DNA of 64,000 bases from an uncultured Pseudomonadota bacterium (lineage in GTDB: Bacteria > Myxococcota_A > Polyangia > Fen-1088): positions 576,001-640,000 of the forward strand of contig CAWKBC010000027.1 in NCBI GenBank assembly GCA_963847705.1, in the 5' to 3' direction. Of the stretch, positions 1 through 8,495 are shown piece by piece. A program made the translations under genes and the position numbers. Below the pieces are notes generated by a model. The model was not told where the DNA came from, made no database searches, and saw only the letters and a list, made by a program, of their open reading frames with translations. The first letter of the stretch is position 1. Each line of letters starts with the position of its first letter.

Positions 1-2
1 TG

Positions 3-449
3 CGCTCGTTCCTGCTGCGCTTCGCGCGCCAGGCCGGGCGGCCGATCCAGGACGTCACCTCCGAAGCGATGGACGAGCTCGTGAGCTACCGGTGGCCAGG
101 GAACGTCCGCGAGCTGCAGAACGTGATCGAGCGAGCGGTGATCTTGGCGCGTGGCCCGCTGGTGGATCTCGACGCGCTCCCCGATCTCTCGGAGGGCGGC
201 ATGCACGCGTTCTCCGACGAGATCTCGAACGCCCACACGCCGCCGGTGCTCTCCCTCCGCCCGCCGGCCCCCACCATCGACGAGCTGGAGCGCGGTTACG
301 TGGCGGAGGTGCTGGCGGAGACGAGCTGGGTCATCGAAGGAGAGCGGGGCGCCGCGCGGCGCCTCGGGCTCCACCCGAACACGCTGCGCTCGCGCCTCAA
401 ACGCTGGGGTTTGACCCGTCCGGTCGATCAACTCGGCCGCTCGGCCTAG
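3..449 (+). CDS. Sigma-54-dependent transcriptional activator (FhlA/NtrC-like), C-terminal part; 5' end lies outside the window
   Basis: Open frame from position 3; YRWPGNVRELQNVIERA AAA+ motif; C-terminal Fis-type HTH (WVIEGERGAARRLGLHPNTLRSRLKR). Confidence 0.92.
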   Translation, partial: RSFLLRFARQAGRPIQDVTSEAMDELVSYRWPGNVRELQNVIERAVILARGPLVDLDALPDLSEGGMHAFSDEISNAHTPPVLSLRPPAPTIDELERGYVAEVLAETSWVIEGERGAARRLGLHPNTLRSRLKRWGLTRPVDQLGRSA

Positions 450-480
450 GCCAACTGGGCCGCTCGGCCGAGGGCCTCGA

Positions 481-539
481 CTCGTGGTTTCGCCCACGAT
501 CGCTCGTGGTGGGTTCGTGGCCACTACGGCGGCTCGTGG
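481..539. promoter_or_regulatory. Candidate upstream activator (enhancer) sites: array of TCGTGG/CCACGA half-sites
   Basis: TCGTGG four times (482, 504, 515, 534); perfect CCACGA-N4-TCGTGG at 494-509; 60-120 bp upstream of a -24/-12 promoter. Confidence 0.5.
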
Positions 540-600
540 CCCCCGACGCGCGCGGGCCGCGGTTTCGGGCAGGTTTCCGCGGCATTTGGCGATGCGGCGA

Positions 601-617
601 TTGGTATGCCGGTTGCT
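601..617 (+). promoter_or_regulatory. Sigma-54 (-24/-12) promoter
   Basis: TTGGTATGCCGGTTGCT, with exact GG-N10-GC spacing and TTGCT at -12. Confidence 0.72.
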
Positions 618-673
618 CCTGCGGTTCAGCTCAATCAGTCGGTTGGGGACGGAAAATGACGAAGGAGGACGAG

Positions 674-1486
674 ATGCCGCTAGCTCACTCTGCCGCGAAG
701 CAGGATCTGGAGAAGACCACGGTGGTCGCCCACGAAGCTCTGGTGACCCTCCCGATCGAAGCGGTCGCCCGCCTCGATCGGATGGCCACCGCCAGCCTGC
801 TCGCCACCGGGCTCGCTCATGAGATCGCCAACCCCCTCAGCTGCTTGATCGCGGCGCTCGACGCGATCGAGGTCCGGGTCGGCTGGTTCCGGGAGCGGGA
901 AGAGTCGTCCCAGAAGGAGCTGGAAGAGCTGGCGGCCGACGTCGAGCTCGCCTCGGTGAGCGGCAACGAGATCTTCGCGCAGGTGCGCGACTTCCAGCAG
1001 TTCCTGCGACCACGCGAGCTGGAGACGGCGCCCCCCATCGATCTCAAGCCGCCGATCCTGCGGGCGCTCCGGATGGCCCGGGCGCGCCTCGGCGCCAGGA
1101 GCCCGGTCTCGGTCGTGCTCGGGGAGGCGCCGCCGGTGCGCGTGCCCGGGAACCGCATCACCCAGATCGTCCTCAACCTGCTCCTCAACGCGGCGGAGGC
1201 GCTGGCCGATCGCCCCTGGAACGCCAACCAGGTCGAGGTTCGGCTGTCGACCGTCGAGCACTGGGCGGTGATCGAGGTGAAGGACAACGGTCCCGGCATC
1301 GACGCCGCGACCCGGCAGCGTCTGTTCGAGCCAGGCGTCAGCGGCAAGCCGGGCGGGCACTCGCTGGGCCTCGGGCTGGCGATCTGCCGCGAGCTGGCCC
1401 GCGCCGCCGGGGGCGAGATCTCGGTGTCGTCGCCGCTCACCGGTTCGACGCTCTTCCGCGTCGCCCTGCCGCCGGCCGGGGCGTAG
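674..1486 (+). CDS. Cytoplasmic histidine kinase (HisKA + HATPase_c) without a sensor domain
   Basis: AGGAGG RBS before ATG 674; H-box GLAHEIANPL, N-box NLLLNAAEA, DNGPGI, GLGLAI. Confidence 0.85.
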   Translation: MPLAHSAAKQDLEKTTVVAHEALVTLPIEAVARLDRMATASLLATGLAHEIANPLSCLIAALDAIEVRVGWFREREESSQKELEELAADVELASVSGNEIFAQVRDFQQFLRPRELETAPPIDLKPPILRALRMARARLGARSPVSVVLGEAPPVRVPGNRITQIVLNLLLNAAEALADRPWNANQVEVRLSTVEHWAVIEVKDNGPGIDAATRQRLFEPGVSGKPGGHSLGLGLAICRELARAAGGEISVSSPLTGSTLFRVALPPAGA

Positions 1487-1499
1487 GCCGGCGCGCGGC

Positions 1500-3671
1500 C
1501 TATCGCCCGGGGAAGATCGTCGTCGAGCGCGCAGGGCGCGGCAGCACGCGATCGAGCTTCCCCTGCCACCAGGCGTAGGCGCCGTAGAGCAACAGGGCCA
1601 GGAAGAGCACCGACTTCCAGGGGGGGGCCTTCTCCGCATAGCGATCGCCGGTGTCGCGGCGCGAGCCACGCGGCAGCTTCGCGACGCTGCTCAGCGTCGC
1701 ACCGAACGGGACGTTGATCTTCGCGCGCGCGTTCACCGCCCAGCCGTTGGCGTCGAGGATCGGCCCCAGGTTCCGCTTGCGCAGCTTGATGTAGGCCAGC
1801 ACCACCGAGGGCATCGAGATGAGCAGCATGATCCCCACAAAGGCGCCGATCGTGGCCAGCGGTCCCATCTGGAAGAGTCCCGTCGCGTAGCCGATGAGAG
1901 CGGTGGCGAAGGCGCCGATGGCGCCGACGGCGACGCCCAGAGCGGCGACCGTTCCGACGTCGATCTTCTTGGTCTCGGGCGGCTTGACGTTGCCGATGTT
2001 GGCGGTCCCCGTGGCCGCCGTGTTGAGCACGGCGTGCGACTCGGCGTCGGCGACGGCCGCCCGCTTGGCCACCTGTTCCTCCAGCAGCCGGACGAACTTC
2101 TTGTAGGGGGCCCAGAAGGCCTGGCGAAGGCTGATCGGGTTGTCGACGATCTTGGTGATGGTGGCGTCCCAGTCGCGCCCCTGCCGGTCGTAGAAGACGC
2201 CGTTGCGTCCGACCATCAGGTTGTCGCTCTCGCCGGCGGTGAAGGCGGCGACAATCTGCACCTTCTCGGCGGTGGCCGGGCGGGTGCAGTCGAGGTAGGC
2301 GAGAAACGCGCCGGCCAGGCCGGCCATCGTCGAATGCTTGGCGGCGTCGGTCACCGGCAGGCAGAGGTGGCAGGCGCGCTGATCGAGGTAGAGGGTGCCG
2401 TACTGAAAGATGGCCGGGCGGCCGTCGTAGAAATCCTCGAAGCTGACGAAGTTGGTGCAGAGGCGGGCCAGATCGCGGTGGTAGCGAACCAGCCGCTCGA
2501 CCTGGTCGATGCTGGTCGCCTCCGCCTCCAGCGCCTTGTCGCGCGCGATGAGTCCGGCCAGCGCATCCGCCCCGCCGGAGGCGAGAATCTCGCGGACACG
2601 GGCGAGACCGAGCTTCTCGACCCGCTGCCCCTCCTTCACGGCGAGCCAGGCGTCGTACGGGGCGAGCTTGTCGCCGATGGCGAGCCAGTCGCTCTCGGCG
2701 AGCTCGGCGCGCGGGCCGAGGAGCGCCGCCACCGCGTCGTCTCGGAGCGTTCGCAGGGCGGCCGCGTGGGCCGGGTTGATCGCGCCGGCCAGCGGCAAGG
2801 GCCGCCCGGCCGCCGCCACGGCCAGGGGGAACCCGGCGACCTCTCCGACGGAGATCGAGAGGTCGGCGGCGGCGATGGGGAGGTATTCCTCCGGGGTGCG
2901 GTTCAAGGCCGGCAGCGCGCGCGGGTCGAACGCCGCCAGACGGCAGCGGCCAAAATAGTCGTCGACCTTGGTCTTGATGGCCGCCACGGCCGCCGCGGCC
3001 GAAGCCGTTCGTTCGGGGCTCAGCGGAAAAACGTGGGCCGGACTCTCTTCGCCCCGGGCGTACCAGGCGCTGTAGGCGCGCGCCTCGGCGAAGAACGCTT
3101 CGGTGATCGCGCCATCGATGCCGGGCTTGCCCGAGCGATCCGGCACCGTGCCGATCGTGTCCGCGATCTCGCCGATCAGCGCCCGGGTGGCGTCGTCCTC
3201 GGCGGCCGTCTCGGTGATGACCCCGTCGCCGTTGAAGACGGTGTCGGCGAAGATGCGGGCCGGATCGCCGACGTCCTCGAGGCTGATCGAGGTGACGTCG
3301 GCCTTGCCGATGTCGGCCAGGATGCGCCGGGCGGAGGCCAGCAGCGTCTTGCCCTCGGGGAGCGCTTCGTTGATCGCGGCCAGCGGCAAGGCGGCTTCGC
3401 CCTTGAACAGATCGTCCGGGTTCCTGAGGTTGTTGCAGGCGAAGGTGGCCGCGGCGATGAGCTCGGGGGCTCGAATCCGGCCGTCCTTGTCGGTGTCGAT
3501 GAGCGCCAGCGTTCGCGCATCGATCTCGAGGCCGTTGGTCGGGCAGGCGAGGGCGACCCAGAGCTTCTGGTCGAGCGCGCCGAGATTCGCCAGATCGGCG
3601 CCTGAGGTCAGCTTGACCTGGTCGAAATCTCCGGCGCGAAAAAATGTCCAGCGGTGCGCGTCGCTGCTCAT
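1500..3671 (-). CDS. Large hypothetical membrane-anchored protein with N-terminal EF-hand-like loop
   Basis: 723-aa ORF with normal composition; DTDKDGRIRAPE at aa 59-70; about 3 C-terminal hydrophobic helices. Confidence 0.8.
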   Translation of the reverse strand: MSSDAHRWTFFRAGDFDQVKLTSGADLANLGALDQKLWVALACPTNGLEIDARTLALIDTDKDGRIRAPELIAAATFACNNLRNPDDLFKGEAALPLAAINEALPEGKTLLASARRILADIGKADVTSISLEDVGDPARIFADTVFNGDGVITETAAEDDATRALIGEIADTIGTVPDRSGKPGIDGAITEAFFAEARAYSAWYARGEESPAHVFPLSPERTASAAAAVAAIKTKVDDYFGRCRLAAFDPRALPALNRTPEEYLPIAAADLSISVGEVAGFPLAVAAAGRPLPLAGAINPAHAAALRTLRDDAVAALLGPRAELAESDWLAIGDKLAPYDAWLAVKEGQRVEKLGLARVREILASGGADALAGLIARDKALEAEATSIDQVERLVRYHRDLARLCTNFVSFEDFYDGRPAIFQYGTLYLDQRACHLCLPVTDAAKHSTMAGLAGAFLAYLDCTRPATAEKVQIVAAFTAGESDNLMVGRNGVFYDRQGRDWDATITKIVDNPISLRQAFWAPYKKFVRLLEEQVAKRAAVADAESHAVLNTAATGTANIGNVKPPETKKIDVGTVAALGVAVGAIGAFATALIGYATGLFQMGPLATIGAFVGIMLLISMPSVVLAYIKLRKRNLGPILDANGWAVNARAKINVPFGATLSSVAKLPRGSRRDTGDRYAEKAPPWKSVLFLALLLYGAYAWWQGKLDRVLPRPARSTTIFPGR

Positions 3672-3750
3672 CGCGCGTTTGTAACACGCCGTGAGCCGGC
3701 GTTCCTGGATCGTTGACCGGGCAGCGACTGCTGACTAGATTCGCGCCGCC

Positions 3751-4755
3751 ATGAACCTACGCCCCCTCTGGTTTTGCACCGCCTCCCTGCTCTTCGCGGC
3801 GACAGCCGTCGCGCAGACCACCCCGACGTTCACCTACGTCAAGCCCGATGAGGTGAAGGCGGCCGCCCCAGCGCCAACACCGGCCCCGCCGCCGCCACCG
3901 CCGCCCGCCGTGGAGTGGAAGGCGCAGCTCAAAGGGGGCTTCCTCATGACCTCCGGGAACGCCCAGACGACAGGCACCTCCGTGGCCGGGAACGTTTCGC
4001 GCAAGGAAGGAAACAACAGGCTGGCCATCGACGCCGGCGCGGCCTACGGACATGCGAACGTGGTCACCCCCGTCATCGTCACGGACACGACGGTCACGCC
4101 GCCCACCAACACGATCACCAGCATCGGGCGCACGAACATCGAGACCAACAACAACTGGTTCACCAAGGGGCGCTACGATCGGTTCTTCACCGCCAACAAC
4201 TCCGGCTATGTCAGCGCGCAGGCGGCGGGCGATGAGGTCGCTGGCAAGACCTTCTACGGCGGTGGCCAGATCGGTTACAGCCGCCAGGTCTACAAGAGCG
4301 AGATGCACCTGCTCGTCGCCGAGCTTGGCTACGACCTTTCGTATGAGCGGTACACCCAAAGCCCGGGGACGACGCACGATCCAGTGACCGTTCACTCGGC
4401 GCGGATCTTCGCCGGCGAAACCTTGACGTTGACCAAGGCCACCGGAATCACGGCCAGCGTGGAGGCGCTCTTCAACCTGAACAAGGAGGGCTCCGCGCTC
4501 CAGTATCCGAGCGGCAACCTCGGCGTCGACGCCTTCGAGGACACCCGCGTGAACGGGAAGCTCGGCCTCACCACCACGCTCTACAAACGGATGAGCATCA
4601 GCTTTGGCTTTCTGCTCCGCTACGATCAGAACCCGGCGCCGCTTCCCATCCCGTCGGGCTCCCCTGCGAACGCTGCCTTCGCGACCGGATTCGTCCCCTT
4701 CGCCGACCGCGTCGACACGCAGACCACGGCGACCCTGGTCTACACGTTCCTTTAG
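3751..4755 (+). CDS. DUF481-like outer-membrane beta-barrel protein
   Basis: Signal peptide, Pro-rich linker, G..SGN start of barrel, alternating beta-strand pattern, C-terminal LVYTFL. Confidence 0.72.
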   Translation: MNLRPLWFCTASLLFAATAVAQTTPTFTYVKPDEVKAAAPAPTPAPPPPPPPAVEWKAQLKGGFLMTSGNAQTTGTSVAGNVSRKEGNNRLAIDAGAAYGHANVVTPVIVTDTTVTPPTNTITSIGRTNIETNNNWFTKGRYDRFFTANNSGYVSAQAAGDEVAGKTFYGGGQIGYSRQVYKSEMHLLVAELGYDLSYERYTQSPGTTHDPVTVHSARIFAGETLTLTKATGITASVEALFNLNKEGSALQYPSGNLGVDAFEDTRVNGKLGLTTTLYKRMSISFGFLLRYDQNPAPLPIPSGSPANAAFATGFVPFADRVDTQTTATLVYTFL

Positions 4756-4824
4756 GCCGGCCTGGCGCAAGGTTCCAAAGTGGACCGGTGACGTGACGCC
4801 GGTCCGCCGGCAGCGGATCGAGAT

Positions 4825-4854
4825 TTGACGCGAGTGCGACGGCGCGCCTAACAT
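4825..4854 (+). promoter_or_regulatory. Putative sigma-70 promoter
   Basis: TTGACG-N18-TAACAT upstream of the 4890 start. Confidence 0.4.
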
Positions 4855-4889
4855 CTGACCCGATTTTCCTTGGGCGGGAGGGCGCAGCA

Positions 4890-6884
4890 GTGACAATCAA
4901 ACCGAACGAGCCGTCCGTCCGGGTGCTGGTCGTCGAGGGAGACGGTCTCGGGCAGGGAACGGTCGAAGGGATCCTGGGCACGACCGCCCCCGGCAAGGTC
5001 GTGCGGGCGGCCTCGGTGACGCAGGCGCGCGAGCTCTGGCGCGGGGGCGGATTCGATCTGGTGGTCGCGGCGGAGACGCGGTTTCGCGACGTGCTCGACG
5101 GGATCTTCGCCTTCGTGGGGCTGTTCTCGACCGACGGGATCGTCCTCGACACCAATCAGGCCCCGCTGACGGCGGGCGGCCTCCTGCGGGGGGAGGTCGT
5201 GGGCCAGCGCTTTGTCGAGCTGCCGTGGTTCAGCCACTCGGAGATCGAGCGGGCGCGGGTCAGCGACGCCATCGCCCGGGCCGCGCGCGGCGAGACCTCC
5301 CGCTTCGAGACGACCGTCCTGTCGGCCAAGAACGGGATCGTCTACATCGACGCCGCCTTCGCCCCGCTGCCGGGGCCTGATGGCGCCATCACCCGGGTGG
5401 TGGGGACCGGCGTCGACGTCACCGTTCGCCGCAAGGCGGAGCACGATCTGAGACGCAGCCAGGAGATGATCGCGGAGGCCCAGCGCCTGGCGCGCCTCGG
5501 GAGCTGGGAGTGGAACGTCGGAAAGGACCAGGTCACCTGGTCGGACGAGCTGTTCCGGATCTACGCCCTCGATCCGACCCGGCACGTCCCGAGCTACGAA
5601 TCGTTCCTCGCCACGGTGCACCCCGAGGACCGCGAGCACACCACGTCCGTCCTGCGGCTGGCGATGGAGAACGTCTCGGCGTTCGTCTACGACCATCGGA
5701 TCGTCCGTCCCGACGGCAGCGTGCGGATGCTGCACACGCGCGGCGAGGTGGTCCCCGGCCGCGACGGCCGCGTCTCCCGCCTGGTGGGAAGCTGCTGGGA
5801 CATCACCGATCGCTGGGAGGCGCTCCGTCGCGCGGAGAAGGCCCGGGCCGAGGCCGAAGCGGCCCGCCACGAGATGGAGAACATTCTCGAGCGCGTCGCT
5901 GACGGCTTCGTGGCGGTCGATCGAGACTGCCGATACCGTTACGTCAACGAAAGCGCGCGCCGGGTCATGGGGCGGGAGCCGCATTCGTTGATCGGGAAGC
6001 GGATGTGGGACGAGTTCCCCGAGGTGCGGGAGCACGAATTCCAGCGCGCTTGCGAGCAGGCCCTGGCGGAGCAGCGACCGGTCCACGTCTGGAACTACTT
6101 TCAGCCCTGGGATCGCTGGTTCGAGGGTCGAATTCATCCCTCGCCGGAAGGCCTCTCGATCTTCTTCACCGACGTGACCGAACAGCAGAAAGCGCAAGAG
6201 AGCCTGCGCGCCTCGGCGGAGCAGCTGAGGGCGCTGGCGACACGCCTGTCCGAAATCCGCGAGGAAGAACGCAAGTCGATCGCCCGCGAGCTGCACGATC
6301 AGGTCGGCCAGGCGCTGACCGCGCTGAAGCTGGATCTCGAATGGACCCGCGGGCAGATCGACGGCGGTGCGCCGGCCGAGACCCGGACGCGCCTGGCCAC
6401 GATGGACGCGTTGCTCGATCAGACGCTCGATACGACGCGGCGGATCTCGGCCACGCTCCGCCCGGCGATCCTGGACGATCTGGGTCTGCCGGCGGCGCTC
6501 CGCTGGCAGGCGGCCGAGTTCACGCAGCGAACGGGCGTGGCCTGCGAGACGCGGCTGCCCGACGCTGACCCGCCGCTCGCGCCCGCGACGGCCCTGGCGC
6601 TGTTCCGGATCTTGCAAGAGGCGCTCACCAACGTGGCGCGCCACGCCGGCGCCAAGAACGTCCGCATCGGGCTCACGCTGGAGGGCGCGTCAGCGATTCT
6701 CACCGTCGCCGACGACGGGCGCGGGATCGCGCCGGAGCTGCTGGCGCGGCAGACCTCGCTGGGGCTGATGGGGATGCGGGAGCGCGCGCTGGCCTTCGGC
6801 GGGACGCTGGAGCTCTCGGCGGAGGTGGGACGGGGGACGACGGTGGTGGTGCGCGTGCCGGTCGGATCCCCCGAGGCGGCATGA
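4890..6884 (+). CDS. PAS-domain sensor histidine kinase (HisKA_3/NarX-UhpB type)
   Basis: Three PAS/PAC repeats; EEERKSIARELHDQVGQ; QEALTNVARHA; DDGRG; GLMGMRER. Confidence 0.92.
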   Translation: MTIKPNEPSVRVLVVEGDGLGQGTVEGILGTTAPGKVVRAASVTQARELWRGGGFDLVVAAETRFRDVLDGIFAFVGLFSTDGIVLDTNQAPLTAGGLLRGEVVGQRFVELPWFSHSEIERARVSDAIARAARGETSRFETTVLSAKNGIVYIDAAFAPLPGPDGAITRVVGTGVDVTVRRKAEHDLRRSQEMIAEAQRLARLGSWEWNVGKDQVTWSDELFRIYALDPTRHVPSYESFLATVHPEDREHTTSVLRLAMENVSAFVYDHRIVRPDGSVRMLHTRGEVVPGRDGRVSRLVGSCWDITDRWEALRRAEKARAEAEAARHEMENILERVADGFVAVDRDCRYRYVNESARRVMGREPHSLIGKRMWDEFPEVREHEFQRACEQALAEQRPVHVWNYFQPWDRWFEGRIHPSPEGLSIFFTDVTEQQKAQESLRASAEQLRALATRLSEIREEERKSIARELHDQVGQALTALKLDLEWTRGQIDGGAPAETRTRLATMDALLDQTLDTTRRISATLRPAILDDLGLPAALRWQAAEFTQRTGVACETRLPDADPPLAPATALALFRILQEALTNVARHAGAKNVRIGLTLEGASAILTVADDGRGIAPELLARQTSLGLMGMRERALAFGGTLELSAEVGRGTTVVVRVPVGSPEAA

Positions 6885-6888
6885 CGGG

Positions 6889-7257
6889 ATGAAGCGAATC
6901 CTCGTCGTCGATGACAGCGTGGTGCTGCGCGGCTCCGTCTGCGCGCTTCTGGCCCAGGAGTTCCCCGGGGCGATCGTCGGCGAAGCGGCGGCGGCGCTGC
7001 CCGCGTTTGCCCTGGTCGCCCAGGAACACTGGGATCTGGTCCTGCTCGATCTCTCGCTGCCCGATCGGGGCGGGGTCGAGACGCTCCGCGATCTGCGGAC
7101 GCTGCGTCCGAACCTGCCGGTGGTCGTCATGAGCCTGCACGCCGAGGCGGAGTACCGCGCGGCGATGCGCGCGGCGGGCGCGGTCGACTACATCTCCAAG
7201 GGGAGCTCGGCCCAATCGATCGCGGCCGCCATTCGCACCGTCCTCGGGAGCAGCTAG
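6889..7257 (+). CDS. Single-domain response regulator (NarL-type receiver, no HTH)
   Basis: RILVVDD, DLVLLDLSLPDRGG, YISKG; 122 aa. Confidence 0.85.
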   Translation: MKRILVVDDSVVLRGSVCALLAQEFPGAIVGEAAAALPAFALVAQEHWDLVLLDLSLPDRGGVETLRDLRTLRPNLPVVVMSLHAEAEYRAAMRAAGAVDYISKGSSAQSIAAAIRTVLGSS

Positions 7258-8486
7258 GATTTTCGCTGGTCGAGCAAGCTGCGAAGCAGCTGGTCCCAGC
7301 GGTCGTTGACGACCTGCTTTGAAAACTCGCGCTGGGAGACGGCGAAGGCGTTGGTCTGCCAGCGCCGGAGGTCGTTGGGTTGTCCCAGGAGCGCGTGCAA
7401 CCGATCGACGATCGCGGGGAGTGTGTCGCCGCTGAGAGTGAGGCCGACGTCGTACCTGGCGATCCAGCGGGCGATCTCGGAGTCTCCTGGGCCCGCGTAG
7501 AGCACGGGCCGCCCCACGGCCAGCGAGCCGAAGAACTTCGACGGCACCACGATGCCCGCCCACTCCGGCTGCAGGCTGACGAGGTGAAGGTCGGCGGCGC
7601 CCAGCCGCGCCTGCAGCGCCGCCTCGTCGGCGAACGGAACCAGGGTGACGTTGGTGTCGGCGGCCGTGACCGCCGCCCGCAGCTCCTCCTGCCGGTTGCC
7701 GCGCGACGAGAAGCAGAAGGCGACGTCGTCGCCCGAGCGGGCCCGGCAGGCGCGCGCCAGCGCGAGGAACGCCCGGTGGTCGTGAGCGCGCCCCATCGTT
7801 CCCGAGTAGAGCAGCGCCAGCTTGGCGCGCGGAAAGAGCTCGGCGCGCACGCGGGGATCGGCCGCGGCCGCCTCCGCCGGCGCGGCCAGCGCCCAGGGGA
7901 CCAGCGTGCGCTGCGTGGCGCTGGTGCCGTAGGCGGCCAGGCGCTCTTGCATGCGGGGACCGATGTCCACCAGCGCGTCGTAGGCGCCGTAGGACCACTT
8001 CATGAGCTGACGCGCGGCGGGCACCAGCAGACGGACGGCGGCGTTGCCGTCGCCCATTTCCGCGGCGATCGCTTCCGGGTAGAGGTCGAAGCACCAGTGC
8101 ACGAGCGCGGCGGCGGGCAGCAGCTGGCGCAGCCCGCGGCCGAGCATGGGCGAGAAGGCCGGGTCGGAGCCGACGACGACGGCGTCGAACGGGCCCAGCT
8201 CGGCGATCCGCACCAGCCAGGCCGCCGTCATCCAGCCGCTGTTCGCCAGCCGCTGAAAGGGGCGTGCCTGCGTCCAGGGGGGGCGGAAGAGGCGGTGAAT
8301 CTGGACGCCGTTCCACTCCTCGAACGAATCGAAGCGGCGGGCGGGATCGAAGCACGACCGGTTGCTGGTGACGACGCTGACCTGCCAGCCGCGGCGCTGC
8401 TGCTCGGTGGCGAAGTCGCTGAAGATCCGGGCGCTGACGACGTCGTCGGGGTGGAAGAAGTGATACGCGAGCAGGAGCCGCGGCAA
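7254..8486 (-). CDS. Glycosyltransferase family 4 (WcaI/WbuB-like)
   Basis: FFHPDDVVS, DLYPE, YSGTMGRAH, VPSKFFGSLAVGRPV motifs. Confidence 0.85.
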   Translation of the reverse strand: MPRLLLAYHFFHPDDVVSARIFSDFATEQQRRGWQVSVVTSNRSCFDPARRFDSFEEWNGVQIHRLFRPPWTQARPFQRLANSGWMTAAWLVRIAELGPFDAVVVGSDPAFSPMLGRGLRQLLPAAALVHWCFDLYPEAIAAEMGDGNAAVRLLVPAARQLMKWSYGAYDALVDIGPRMQERLAAYGTSATQRTLVPWALAAPAEAAAADPRVRAELFPRAKLALLYSGTMGRAHDHRAFLALARACRARSGDDVAFCFSSRGNRQEELRAAVTAADTNVTLVPFADEAALQARLGAADLHLVSLQPEWAGIVVPSKFFGSLAVGRPVLYAGPGDSEIARWIARYDVGLTLSGDTLPAIVDRLHALLGQPNDLRRWQTNAFAVSQREFSKQVVNDRWDQLLRSLLDQRKS

Positions 8487-8495
8487 CGGTCAGCC

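Noticed and set aside
429-473. Tandem ~22-bp near-duplicate (CAACTSGGCCGCTCGGCCKAGG twice) at the end of the activator gene
   Set aside because: Only two copies with no spacer; a local duplication, not a CRISPR array
92-673. N-terminal extension of the 92..1486 ORF
   Set aside because: Overlaps the activator gene and promoter; the strong RBS supports ATG 674
817-3687. 956-aa minus-strand ORF and other long overlapping ORFs (6700-9720, 20678-23347, 37195-39915, 54000-56102, 57073-59007)
   Set aside because: Arg/Gly/Pro-rich shadow frames caused by high GC; they overlap motif-supported genes
3862-3910. Pro-rich low-complexity runs (also the PK/PE run at about 56760-56830)
   Set aside because: Ordinary linkers within coding sequence
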